Under the pieces are notes generated by a model, which saw nothing but the letters and a program-made list of their open reading frames with translations, was not told where the DNA came from and made no database searches. Below, piece after piece: positions 49,201 to 59,600 of a DNA stretch of 64,000 nt (positions within the stretch are counted from its first letter, which is position 1; every line of letters begins with the position of its first letter). Source of the stretch: Candidatus Hydrogenedentota bacterium (GTDB taxonomy: Bacteria > Hydrogenedentota > Hydrogenedentia > Hydrogenedentales > SLHB01); assembly GCA_963668025.2 (NCBI GenBank), contig CAXXTH010000017.1, forward strand, positions 640,001 to 704,000, read 5' to 3'. The translations under genes and the position numbers were made by a program.

Positions 49201-52200
49201 TGGGGTAATTCTCGAACACCAAAATACTGTCGAACAGGGATTTCGAGGCCGGGATTCCGCTCCAGCGCTGGATATGCGCCAGCGGGGCGAAATCAAACGC
49301 GCCCGATTCGATGGCGCGTTCATGCAGGGAGCGCAGCCACGCGGATGCCGGCTCGTCTTCCGGAATGGACACCCGCACGGGGATAGTGTTGATGAATAGG
49401 CCCACCATGGACTCGATGCCGGGAATTTCCGGTGGGCGGGAGGTCACGGTGGCTCCGAAAACGATATCGTCTTCATCGCTCCGGCGCGCCAGCACAAGCG
49501 CCCATGCGCCTTGGAGTATCGTATTGAGCGTGATGCGATGCCGCCGCGCCAAGGCATTCAACGATTCGCGCATTTCCGGCGGCAGCGTGGCCTGCATGTT
49601 TCCCCGCCCTGCGTCCGCACCCGCCGCGCCTGCGCGGTCCGCGCACAATGGCGTGGGATGGGTGAAACCATCCAATACGCCCCGCCAATACGATTCGGCG
49701 GCGGCGTGGTCTTGAGATTCGAGCCATGCAATATAATCGCCGTAAGGTGGAGCAGCAGAGCGCGCGCCCGCGCCGCCTTGGCGCATGGCTTCGTAATCAG
49801 CCAGCGTTTCCCGCAGCAGGACGGGCATGCTCCACCCGTCAATCAATAGATGGTGAGTGGTCCATACGAGCCGCCAGGCAGTGTCGCGCAGGTGCAGCAA
49901 GGTGAACCGGGTCAGCGGCGCGCGTTCGAGTGCAAACCCGCGTGCGCGGTCGGCCTCGATGAAGGATTCGAGGCGAGTAGCTTGTTCTATTTCGTCAACG
50001 CCGCGCCAGTCTTGCACGGTAAACTCGGGTTCGGCGCGGCGGAACACCACTTGGCGGGGTTCGCCCGCGCCTTCATACACAAAAGCCGTGCGCAGAATGG
50101 AATGGCGGGCGCAGGCGTTGCGCCAGGCTTGTTGGAATGCCGCCACATCAAGGACGCCGCTCAACAGGCCGTTCCACTGCTCGATGTACATGGCTTCCGA
50201 GGGAGCAAGAAGCGTGTGGAAGAGCATGCCTTCCTGCATGGGTGACAGGGGGTAGATATCTTCGATATCACGCGGGCCTGCCACGCCTTCAAAACGCGCG
50301 ATGAGGCGGTCGAGCTGTTCCACATCCAGGTGGGATCGAGGGAAATCGGAAGGCGTGCACCCCCCTGAAGCGGGGTCTTGGCAATGGGCGATCAAGGCGC
50401 GCAAGGCGTTCATGTAGTATTCGGCCCATTGCGCTATCGTTTCGGTGCGATGCAGGTTCTCACTATAGCTCCATTCCAATCCCAAGCGGCCATTGAGCAT
50501 CATGGCGTTAATGACGATGGCATGAGTCCGGCGGTTTCTCGGATCGTGCATCGGGCCGGCCGACTCATCCGCTAGAGACATCTGGGGCGCATCGAACTGG
50601 CCTAAGTAATTGAACGCCACATCTGGCTCGGGGGTTGAAGCGAGAGCGTCACGGTACGTGGATTCTTTACGGAGATACCGCAGCAATCCATATGGCGCGC
50701 CATGCCCTGGTATGTGGCGAAGCTGTTCTTTGATAGACTTGATGCGCTTTCCGAGGTTTGCGCCAGGCAACGTTTTCAGTAGGACAGGATACGCGGACGT
50801 GAACCAGCCCACCGTGCGCGAACAATCCGGCCCATCGGGCAAAACGTCGCGCCCATGGCCCTCGATAGTTAAGGAAACGGCCCGTGAACCTGTCCATGCG
50901 GTTAAGGTATCCGCCAACGCCGTGAGCAACAGATCATTAATCTGCGTGCGATACGCCCGTGAGATGTCCTGAAATAAAACGCGGTTCTCTTCGGGATTGA
51001 GGAAAACCAAATGCACTCGAGCCGAGGCTTCGGAATTCCCTCCCCCAGGAAAATCGAGTGGAAGGAGCGCGGCCTGTTTCCAGGAGGCATCCAGCCAATA
51101 TGCAGCGCAAGCAGCCACTGTCTCGGACTCGGCGTATTCGGCCAAGGCGTCCGCCCAACATTTATACGAGGCTGTTTTCGAAGGGAGCACAATTGCCCGG
51201 CCTTCCCGGACTTGGGCGTATGCGGATTGCAGATCCTCGATCAGGATACGCCAAGAGACGCCATCCACAACCAAGTGATGCGCCGCCAGCAGCAGCCGCG
51301 AAGAGCGTTCCGCGCCAAGGTTCATGTATAACGCCCGGAACATGGGGCCGCGTGTGATATGAAGGGTTGCTTGGAACGCGGAAGCGGCAGCCTCGATGGC
51401 GGCGGGCAGGCGTTCGGAATCCCATTCCGATAAATCGCACGTTTCCAGCAAGCCATCGAATGAAGGCTCCGCATATGACTGGACCCATCCATCCACGGAT
51501 GGCGCATACCTCAGCCGCAAGGCGTCGTGATGCTCGACCAAGGCCTGCAATGCTTTTTGCAATGCTTCCGATTCAAATCTCTCCCGAATCTCAATCAGGG
51601 GCGCTTGGTTCCAATAATGCTGTGTTTGGGCGTCCGCGCCCGGGCCTTCGAAGAACCAGCGCTGGATAGGCGTCAGCGGGACGGTTCCCGATGCGAGGCC
51701 CTGTTCCGCGGCGGGCAGCGCTTCGCGCCCGCCCATGGCCGCGGCGAGGCCCGCCACCGTCTGATGCTGAAAAAACAACTTGGGCGTGATGGCCAGCCCG
51801 GTTTGATTGGCCCGGGCCACGACCTGAATGCTCAAAATTGAATCGCCGCCCAGCTCGAAGAAGTTGTCGCGCCTTCCCACACGCTCGACGCCGAGCACTT
51901 CGCGCCAGATGCCCGCGAGACGCTCCTCGGCGGCATTGCGCGGGGCTTCGTAGGCATCGGATTCGCGTGCGTCATAATCGGGGGCAGGCAGCGCGCGGCG
52001 GTCAATCTTGCCGCTTGCCATTAGCGGCATGGCGTCGAGAAAGACGAAGTGCGCGGGAATCATATACGTGGGCAGGCTCGATTCGAGAAACGCACGCAAA
52101 ACCAGCACATCGAGCGGCGCGCCCTTTGATACGGCATACGCCACGAGACGCTTGCCGCCGGATGCGTCCTCGAGCGCCACGACGGCGGCTTCGCGCACGT

Positions 52201-55012
52201 CCGGATGGCGCTGCAACGCCGTTTCGATTTCGCCCAATTCGATGCGGAACCCACGTATTTTGACTTGGAAGTCCGCGCGCCCGGTGAATTCAATCTGCCC
52301 ATCCGGCAGGAAGCGCACCACGTCGCCGCTTCGGTAGAGCCGTGCGCCTGGGGCGTCTGAGAACGGATGAGGCACGAAGCGTTCCGCAGTGAGTTCGGGC
52401 CGGTTCAAATATCCTCGTGCGAGATTCGCGCCGCCGAGATAGAGTTCGCCCGGCACGCCCATCGGAACGGGCTGCATCTGGGCATCGAGGATGTACGCCT
52501 GTGTGTTGGCGATGGGGCGTCCGATGGTGGGCGCGCCATGGGTGGCTCCGGGTGGAAGATCGAGGTACGTCGAGACAATGGTGTTTTCCGTCGGCCCGTA
52601 ATTGTTGCCCACATGGGCGCGGAATGAGGAGGGCGGTCCGAAATGGAGCTTGTCGCCCCCCGTGAGCAAGAGGCGCAAAGCGGCGTGCGGAGGCCATTCG
52701 GCCACGAGGGCTTGTTCGGCCATGACCGACGGCATCGTGGCGATCGTGAGGCGCTCGCGCGCAATCCAGTCGATCAAGTCCGGCAAGGAAGTGCGAAGCG
52801 TCTCGGGCATTATCACCAGCGACGCGCCCGCGCACAACGTGGGCCAGATCTCCGACGCCGAGGCGTCGAACGTCATGCTAATGAACTGCGTTTGCCGTTC
52901 GCCCGGGGCAAGGCCGTAGGTTTCAATGGCCCAATGCACGAGATTGAGCAGGCCGCCATGTTCGACTTCGACGCCCTTCGGGACGCCCGTCGAACCGGAA
53001 GTGTAGATGACATACGCGCGGTTGGACGGCGACAGTGCGGCGCCTATATTTCCGGCGCTTTCACCCTCGAAGGCGGACCAGTCCGGCCCGAAGCGCACTA
53101 GGGGGCCGCATCCCGCAGGGAGTTCCACCGAGACGCCTTCGTATGCGAGCACCACGGCGGGGCGGGCATCCTCAAGTATCGTCTGAATGCGGCCCGGCGG
53201 GTACGCCGGGTCGATGGGCACATAGGCTCCGCCCGCTTTGAAAATCGCCAGGTACGCTACGATTAAGTCGGCGGAGCGCGGCGCGCATACCGCCGCCAGG
53301 GATTCCGGCCCCACGCCGAGGCGCAGTAAATGATGGGCCAATTGGTTGGCCCGTGCGTTCAGTTCCCGGTATGTGATGCGGCGGCCTTCGTCCGCCAAGG
53401 CTTCGGCGTCCGGCATGGACAGGGCGAGGGCTTCGATGCAGCCAGGAACGAGCGGCGTAGTGGAATACGGCTTGGCCGTTTGATTCCATTCCACCATGAT
53501 GCGCCGCCATTCGGCATCCGGCAATAGCGGCAGCCGCGCGATGGAGCAATCGGGGTCCGTGGCGGCGGCTTCGAGCAGGCGCATGAAATGCCCCGCCATT
53601 CGCGCGATCGTGTCTTCGCGGAACAAGTCAGAATTGTATTCGATATGGGCGTTGAGGTGATCCTCGAATTGCACGAGCGAAAGGCTCAAGTCGAATTTGG
53701 TGGTCGAGCGCTCTTGGGCCATGGTTTCGAGCGCAAGCCCCGCGAAGCGCATGGGGGGCAGCGCCATGTTTTGCAGCACGAACATGGCCTGGAACAAGGG
53801 CGGATGGGCAGGCTCGCGCGGGATGCGCAGATGATCCACCAGCGTCTCGAAAGGCGTATCCTGGTGGGCGAACGCGCCGAGGGCGGTTTCGCGCGCGCGG
53901 GCCACGAGAGCGCGGAACGTCGGTTCGCCTGATATGTCCATGCGCAGCGGCAGCACATTCACGAAGAAGCCGATCAATTGCTCCGTTCCGGGCCGGGTGC
54001 GGCCTGCGACGGGAGAGCCCACCACGATGTCGTCTTGGCGCGAATAGCGGTGGAGCAGCACGTTGAACGCGGAAAGCAAGGTCATGAACAGTGTCACGTG
54101 TTCGCTACGGCTGAAGGCTTTCAACTGCTCCACGAGGGGGGCGTCCACCTGGAAGCGGTGCGCCGCTCCCGCGAAAGATTGGGCTTGGGGGCGGGGAAAA
54201 TCCGTGGGCAGTTCGAGCAGCGGCGGTGCGCCTTTGAGCTGTTCCCGCCAATACTCGATTTGTTCGCTGATTTCCTGTCCCGAAATATGGCGGCGCTGCC
54301 ATTGGGCGAAATCGGCGTACTGGCTGGCTAGCGGGGCATCCAACGCCTCGCGGCCCGCCGTGAAGGCCTCGTAGTACCGCGCCAATTCCTGCACCAGCAC
54401 GACCAGCGACGAACCGTCCGAAATGATATGGTGCAAGGTGACAAAAAGCCCATATGCCGCTTCGCCGGTTTGCACAAGCGTAAAACGGACTAAGGGGCCT
54501 TTGGCCAGATCAAATGGGCGGGACGCCTCTTCGCGTGCGAGGCGGCGCAGGCGTTCCTGCCGCTCGATTTCGGGTAATTCACGGATATCCAGATATGCCA
54601 GGGGCACATCCAAGGAGGGATGAATGAGCTGGGCCGGCTCGCCGCCCACGTCGATAAAGGTCGTGCGCAGGGCTTCATGGCGCGCGGCTACGCGCTGGAT
54701 ACTCGATGACAAGGCGTCCCGGTGGACACGCCCGCTGACCTGAAGGGCAATCGGCGTGCTATAGGCCGTGCCGATGGACTCGAATTGTTCGAGAAACCAG
54801 AGGCCGCGCTGGGCGAAAGACGCGGGGGCCACTTTGTAGCCGCCTGCGAGAAAATCGAGCAATTCCGGTTTGTTTTCGGCCAGCGCCTTGCGCAATGGCC
54901 CACTGAGCGCGCCTTCGGGCGCACGAAAACACAAGCCGCCCGCATCGGTCCATAACTGCACATTTTGGCGTATCACTTCTCCCAGCACGCTGGGAATCGC
55001 GGCGACAGTCAT
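46205..55012 (-). CDS. Two-module NRPS: docking domain-C-A-PCP-E-C-A-PCP-TE
   Basis: HHIISDG (C), YTSGSTG x2 (A), LGGDSI (PCP before E), HHLVVDGVSW and EGHGRD (E), HHLLIDGWS (C), LGGHSL (PCP), GWSYGG (TE). Start re-called at MTVAAIP. Confidence 0.95.
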   Translation of the reverse strand: MTVAAIPSVLGEVIRQNVQLWTDAGGLCFRAPEGALSGPLRKALAENKPELLDFLAGGYKVAPASFAQRGLWFLEQFESIGTAYSTPIALQVSGRVHRDALSSSIQRVAARHEALRTTFIDVGGEPAQLIHPSLDVPLAYLDIRELPEIERQERLRRLAREEASRPFDLAKGPLVRFTLVQTGEAAYGLFVTLHHIISDGSSLVVLVQELARYYEAFTAGREALDAPLASQYADFAQWQRRHISGQEISEQIEYWREQLKGAPPLLELPTDFPRPQAQSFAGAAHRFQVDAPLVEQLKAFSRSEHVTLFMTLLSAFNVLLHRYSRQDDIVVGSPVAGRTRPGTEQLIGFFVNVLPLRMDISGEPTFRALVARARETALGAFAHQDTPFETLVDHLRIPREPAHPPLFQAMFVLQNMALPPMRFAGLALETMAQERSTTKFDLSLSLVQFEDHLNAHIEYNSDLFREDTIARMAGHFMRLLEAAATDPDCSIARLPLLPDAEWRRIMVEWNQTAKPYSTTPLVPGCIEALALSMPDAEALADEGRRITYRELNARANQLAHHLLRLGVGPESLAAVCAPRSADLIVAYLAIFKAGGAYVPIDPAYPPGRIQTILEDARPAVVLAYEGVSVELPAGCGPLVRFGPDWSAFEGESAGNIGAALSPSNRAYVIYTSGSTGVPKGVEVEHGGLLNLVHWAIETYGLAPGERQTQFISMTFDASASEIWPTLCAGASLVIMPETLRTSLPDLIDWIARERLTIATMPSVMAEQALVAEWPPHAALRLLLTGGDKLHFGPPSSFRAHVGNNYGPTENTIVSTYLDLPPGATHGAPTIGRPIANTQAYILDAQMQPVPMGVPGELYLGGANLARGYLNRPELTAERFVPHPFSDAPGARLYRSGDVVRFLPDGQIEFTGRADFQVKIRGFRIELGEIETALQRHPDVREAAVVALEDASGGKRLVAYAVSKGAPLDVLVLRAFLESSLPTYMIPAHFVFLDAMPLMASGKIDRRALPAPDYDARESDAYEAPRNAAEERLAGIWREVLGVERVGRRDNFFELGGDSILSIQVVARANQTGLAITPKLFFQHQTVAGLAAAMGGREALPAAEQGLASGTVPLTPIQRWFFEGPGADAQTQHYWNQAPLIEIRERFESEALQKALQALVEHHDALRLRYAPSVDGWVQSYAEPSFDGLLETCDLSEWDSERLPAAIEAAASAFQATLHITRGPMFRALYMNLGAERSSRLLLAAHHLVVDGVSWRILIEDLQSAYAQVREGRAIVLPSKTASYKCWADALAEYAESETVAACAAYWLDASWKQAALLPLDFPGGGNSEASARVHLVFLNPEENRVLFQDISRAYRTQINDLLLTALADTLTAWTGSRAVSLTIEGHGRDVLPDGPDCSRTVGWFTSAYPVLLKTLPGANLGKRIKSIKEQLRHIPGHGAPYGLLRYLRKESTYRDALASTPEPDVAFNYLGQFDAPQMSLADESAGPMHDPRNRRTHAIVINAMMLNGRLGLEWSYSENLHRTETIAQWAEYYMNALRALIAHCQDPASGGCTPSDFPRSHLDVEQLDRLIARFEGVAGPRDIEDIYPLSPMQEGMLFHTLLAPSEAMYIEQWNGLLSGVLDVAAFQQAWRNACARHSILRTAFVYEGAGEPRQVVFRRAEPEFTVQDWRGVDEIEQATRLESFIEADRARGFALERAPLTRFTLLHLRDTAWRLVWTTHHLLIDGWSMPVLLRETLADYEAMRQGGAGARSAAPPYGDYIAWLESQDHAAAESYWRGVLDGFTHPTPLCADRAGAAGADAGRGNMQATLPPEMRESLNALARRHRITLNTILQGAWALVLARRSDEDDIVFGATVTSRPPEIPGIESMVGLFINTIPVRVSIPEDEPASAWLRSLHERAIESGAFDFAPLAHIQRWSGIPASKSLFDSILVFENYPMDDSLRDGMGDLRLLEHGMYERTNYPLTAVAVGQTLLLRLVYDRRYFSEAEVERVLGQWRTALEHIAANEDAPLGTIATLSEAERHRVLVEWNATERTYPDAPCPPDWVRDNAMARPEALAIEGRGRRLTYGELNARANQIAHTLRRHGVQPGDLVAVCMKRCPELPVAWLGVWKAGAAYVAIDPAYPPSRIAFMLEDSAARALLAGPECAAQFEGSGVRMFSVDPEWTAFAQEPDSELNIPIGPEDRSYVIYTSGSTGQPKGVEINHGPLRHLLQWHHETFACTPEDRSTCVSGPAFDAATYETWWALTAGGSLHVQDLNSLSSYEAVRDWILSERLTGCFLPTSIAEGILGLEWPTSVSMRFIYTGGDTLHRYPPKSFPSQFANLYGPTENTVMATGSILEPGIDGAPSIGRPMSNVRVYILDTHGRPTPIGVPGELHITGYGLARGYLNRPDLTAKAFVPDLFSNTPGARMYRTGDLVRYRSDGQIEFLGRIDTQVKVRGYRIELGEIEAVLASHPQVREAVVDARDDGRGGKQLVAYYAPEGCAPAPQDLAAHLRAALPDHMVPARYMAIERIPLTPNGKVDRRALPELDEPLAATRAYVAPRTPEEETIARVWQEVLGVERVGVHDNYFELGGHSLTAIQLLSRLKEATGMEVSIQALFSTPTVEGLAASLSGGPDAPDSAPVVEGGVLVPLRAEGGKRPFFCAAPATGVAFPYYGMALHIEPGRPFYALQDPRVGSQPVSISSIEELATHYIAAMRRVQPHGPYFLGGWSYGGVVAFEMARQLEAEGERVDSLILFDAVLKHDIMQPPRGILGRLGRIWRILHVTAAYTRDSIPYIRDGIYMMLQVLQKRMQGQGNRMAFWDFLNWALLDGVYRILRRKANVADTLSNSERLSMIDIPETRQVFSTLRANTREYNAYQPKPYGGSITLMHTAPEPAYAAIMEATACGWRDYAHGGVTQISIPGNHAAIFASPYVEVLTQRLNECLHEAEKQP

Positions 55013-55113
55013 TGTAAACTTCCTTGCCTGCCCCAGATGAACCAGAGCCAACTGCCGATATATTGGAAACCGCGAATGGATGCCAATAAACTTATCGCAG
55101 TATAGCTGCAATT

Positions 55114-55191
55114 AAAGATCCGGATTTGGGGACCACGAAACACACGAAATACACTAAACTTTTGTAGGGCGGGGCTGGCCCCGCCACTTAA
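55114..55191. repeat. Dispersed ~78-bp repeat ending in a GTAG-type REP-like palindrome (copy 2)
   Basis: Similar to 41505-41580. Ends in GTAGGGCGGGGCTGGCCCCGCC. Confidence 0.7.
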
Positions 55192-55352
55192 AAGATACGC
55201 TCAAACAAAATTTTACTCAGGTTTTTACACGGATATATGGAAACATATAGATTTACGGAGTAAAACATCCGAGTATTCATCATGTGGTGAAAGCGTCATA
55301 AAAGAAACAATCTTGTTTATTCTTTTTCGCCGACCTTGAATTGAGCCATTTT

Positions 55353-55491
55353 CAACGCAAGGCGCAGAGGCGCGGAGAACGCAAAGTATCGCAGAGATCC
55401 ACTTTTCTCTATTCTCGAATGTGCGAATAAGCGGTTCGAGAGTATTTTCTCTACTTTGCGGATCTCTGCGTTCTCCGCGCCTCTGCGTTGA
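55353..55491. repeat. Long imperfect palindrome built from 9-nt CGC(A/G)GAG-type units
   Basis: TCAACGCAAGGCGCAGAGGCGCGGAGAACGCAAAG... pairs with ...CTCTGCGTTCTCCGCGCCTCTGCGTTGA. Confidence 0.8.
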
Positions 55492-55788
55492 TAATAACCG
55501 TCCACCGGCCGTTCTTCACCACTGGGCTAAATTGTTACAATGTTTTTTCGTGCAGCGGAATTGCCATTAACGAATCTTGTCCATCTTGTAAATCATGTCG
55601 AAAAAAAATCTCCTCTTCACGGAGGTTTGCCATGTATTCGTGCCATGTATTTACGTTTATTCGAATCCATTCGCGGTTCAAGAATCGGCCCGGTGCTTGA
55701 AAGGGCAAATACCGGAACAGAAGCTCGGTTCGTCGTACGGCCATTTGCTCCCCTGGAGCGAATGTCGTAAGAGAACCGGCATGCGGAT

Positions 55789-56577
55789 TCAAGCGACGTT
55801 CCGGGCCTCCTGGGCCAATATGCGCGCAAGCGTCCATAAGAGTAATTGGGGGCGTTCGAGCAGGTAGAAATGGTCGCCGGGGAACATATGCTTGTCAAAT
55901 GCCGCGCAAGTTTGTTCGGACCAAGCCCGAATGCTCTGTTCCGGCACCATGGAATCTTGCAGGCCGCCTAATGCCGTGATTGGGCACTCGAGGGGCGCTT
56001 CGTCCGTATACGAATAGGTTTCACACACCTCGAAATCGGCCCGTAACACAGGCAACAGCAATTCGAGCCATTCTTCATGTTGCAACGCTTCTTCGGGCGT
56101 GCCGTTGTAGCCGCGCACGCATTCGAGGAAAGTCTCGTCGGGCAAGCCGTGTATGGGCGGGCCTGGATACGGCAGTTGCGGCGCGGAATGGCCGGATACC
56201 AGCAGCCGCATAGGTAATGACGCGCCTTGGCGGCGCAGATGCCGCGCCAGCTCGAAACCGATCAATGCACCCATGCTGTGCCCGAAAAAAATGAACGGTT
56301 TATCTAAAAATGGCTCGATAGTTCGCGCGAGGGAGTCGACCAGCGGGGCCATGCGCGTGAAAGGCGCTTCATGGGCTTGCCCGCAGCGCCCGGGAAGCTG
56401 CATGCAGCAAAGCTCGATGGACTCGGGCAGATGCTCCGCCCATGGCCGGAAAACAGAAGGATTGCCCCCTGCGTGGTGGAAGCAGAAAAGACGCATGGCC
56501 GCCGACGGATTCGGCTTGACCATGCTCCCTGGCTGGCTAATCCACTGCGAAGACTTCATGCGTTTCCTTTTCGGCAC
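55789..56577 (-). CDS. Type II (editing) thioesterase
   Basis: RLFCFHHAGG, QLPGR, FFGHSMGA, LLPVLRADF, FPGDHFYL. Confidence 0.92.
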   Translation of the reverse strand: MPKRKRMKSSQWISQPGSMVKPNPSAAMRLFCFHHAGGNPSVFRPWAEHLPESIELCCMQLPGRCGQAHEAPFTRMAPLVDSLARTIEPFLDKPFIFFGHSMGALIGFELARHLRRQGASLPMRLLVSGHSAPQLPYPGPPIHGLPDETFLECVRGYNGTPEEALQHEEWLELLLPVLRADFEVCETYSYTDEAPLECPITALGGLQDSMVPEQSIRAWSEQTCAAFDKHMFPGDHFYLLERPQLLLWTLARILAQEARNVA

Positions 56578-56638
56578 ACCGCTTCTAGCCTGCTAGGCTT
56601 GGCGACGCGCCATCCTCGTTTCAACGTTGGCGCAATTA

Positions 56639-59600
56639 TTATATGCGCCCTTCCTCGAATACTTCCGTTTCCGTGGGATGCACCCTAGCATCCGCTTCGG
56701 CGGGAAGCTCATAACCTAATTCCACCGCAATCTGGCGGGCAGCTTCTCCCAGCGGATTCGGCAGATGAATACGCCGCCACGCTTCGCCCAAGCCGCCTTC
56801 GATGCGGCTGCGCGCGAGAAAGTTTGGATCGCCAATACCTAGCGACGATTCCTTGACGCCGTCGGTCATTCGTTTCCCATTATACGGTTCCAGCACCGCT
56901 GGATCGAATAAAATATCTAAAAAGCCGCATACTCGGCGCATCACTATTTCGGGAGCGCTCACGAGTTCTTCATATTTCACAAGCAAACAACGTTCTTTAC
57001 CGACACTTCGTCCAAATTCGAGGAGGTTTCGGTTGCTGCGAACCCATACTTCTTCCGCGAGTGCATAGGGATCCACCCCGCCCGCTCCGATCAATTTGTC
57101 GAAACGGTTTCGCACAAATGACTCTATCACCGCATACGGGTGCCGCGCCAGATGTATATATCGAGCCCCCTCGAACCACATCTCCGCCCGCAAGAGCGTA
57201 CCCTGTTCTACCGCGTACGACGGTGATTTGTCCAATAACAGTTTTGGGGCCGCCGCTTCCAGAAGGAGGCGGTACATTTCCCATGTGGGCTGCTCCGCCG
57301 CCACCTGCTCGGATACGAGTGCTTCGGCGGATGCCAGGGCGCGGCCGTCCAACTCCATCAGCGCCCGCTGAAGGCCTTCTCCAAGATAGCTCAAACCCAG
57401 TGCTTCTTGCCGTTCGCTCATGGTCGCGAAGGGCAGCAAATGCAATTCCGGCGGGCAAAATAGCCCGGGATGCCCCGCCAGCATGACGCGCATGAGCGTC
57501 GAACCCGAACGTGGGCTCGATAGCAAGAACGCCGCACCTGGAAGCCGCCGTGGCGGAGCTTCATCTGGCGTGCCGCCGCCCCGCACCCAGCGGGCCAGCG
57601 ATTCGCTGTCAATGGCTCCCGAGGATGCGCCGCCCCGGCCTTCGGCGCGCTCTAGTTCTTCCGATAAATAAGCCGCCAGCTCGGCGACAACGGGGCGCTC
57701 GAAGACTTCGCGCGGATGCACGCGGAATCGCAGATCGTGCTCGAGTGTCCGCACAATCTCCATAACCATAATAGAGTCAAGGCCCAACTCGAGCACGTTT
57801 TGCTCATCGGGTATCGCGGAACCCGCCATACCCAATACGCGGGCCAGTTGCACCCGAATATAACCCCGAAGGAGGGCGATTCGTTCCATTGGAGCCGCCG
57901 TGCGAATAGCTTGCGGGCTGGGGCCTTCTTCTTCCAGCACCGGCGCGGATAGAAGGCTGTCCAAAAATCCCGAATCCGCCAGCGCATGGCTTGCATGGGC
58001 CAGTTTTTCCCAATCGGCGCGAAAAACGCATACATGCGTCCAGTCGGCTTCGAGGGCGCGCCAGAGCGCCGCCATGGCTTCTTGGGGCGGAAGGCCGGTG
58101 ACGCCCCGGCGTTCGAGCTGGGCGTTCATGCCCGTCTCGACGGCCATGCCCACTTCGGACCATGGCCCCCAATTCATCGCCAAAGCGTGCAGGCCTTGGG
58201 CGCGCCGCCATTGGACAAAGGCGTCGAGCCAGGCGTTGGCCGCCGCGTAATTGCCTTGTCCCGGCGAACCCAGGAGCGAAGCGGCGGATGAATATACGAT
58301 GAAGAAATCGAGGGGCTGGCCCTGAAATAGCTGATGGAGCGCCCATGCCCCCGCAGCCTTGGGCTTGATCACGGACGCCAGCGACGCGGCGTCCAGATGA
58401 AGCAGGAGCTTGTCGTCTAGAATCCCCGCGCCGTGCAACACACCGGCGATGGGCGGGGCTGGGGCCTGGAGGAAGCCCGCATGCCACGCGCGTAGCGCTT
58501 CGAGTTCCGACACATCCACTGAGGCCGTATACACGGTTGCGCCTAGGGCTTCGATGCTCCGGACCGCCGCCACGCGCAATCCGTCCCGGCTATTCGGCTC
58601 CAAGGCGTTCCACGCTTCGCGCGGGGGGAGAGGCGTGCGCCCGAGTAAAATAATATGCCGTGCGCCTTGTTCCGCCAGGCCGCGCGCCGCTTCGAGGCCC
58701 AAACCGCCCAATCCGCCGGTGATGAGATAGCTGGCGTCCGGGCGTATCCGCATCGGCGGCATGGGAGCATTGGACGTTTGTTTACGGGCCAAACGCGCTT
58801 CATACCGCACCGCGCCGCGCCAGGCGGCTTGCCGTGCGCCGGGGGCGTTCATGGATTCGCGCCATAATGCTTCCACTTCCGGCGGTGCGCTCATCGGATC
58901 GAGGTCAACGAGCACCGGCCCGAATTCGGGATGCTCCTGCATGACCACCCGTCCCAGCCCCCATAATAGCGATTGCGCCAGCGCCGGCGACTCCAAGCTA
59001 TCCGCGACGGCTTGCGCGCCGCGCGTCACGATCATCAGGCGCGCATCGGTCACGATGGGGCGCGTCAGCAGGGCTTGGAGCAGATAGACCAGGCCCTCCG
59101 CCGCCGTGTGGTGCGCAAAACCCTCGGAATGCGCATCGAGGCCCCACGCATAAAGCACGGCGCATGCGGCGGCATCGCCGAGTGCCTTGTCGAGCAATTG
59201 CCGGTATTGCATGGGGGAGGCGGACGCAAGCTCCGCGCGTTCGCCCTGATACGTAAATGCAGCGCCGGGATAGGCCACGACACATCGCCCGCCCGCCGCG
59301 CGCGCTTGCGCCGCGAATGCCTCCGCCACGCCAGACGCATCGGCGAAAATCAACCAGGGCGCTTCGGTGAGGAAAGCGCCGTTCCCTGCGGACGCGCCGG
59401 TTTGTTTCCATTGCAATTCATATAACAGCCCATCCACATCGAGCGCCGCCTTCGGCGGTGGTGTGGCTTGCCGGGCGGCGGTGCGCGCCTGCCCATCGGC
59501 GATCCAATAGCGTTGCCGTTGGAAGGGATACGTGGGCAGCGCCATGCGGCGTCCTGGGCGAGCCTGCTCGAAGGCCGCCCAATCCACGGGCGCGCCTTGC

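Noticed and set aside
55013-55111. N-terminal 33 aa of the track NRPS ORF
   Set aside because: It overlaps an inverted-repeat arm. The ATG at 55012 has an AAGGA RBS and directly precedes the docking-like domain.
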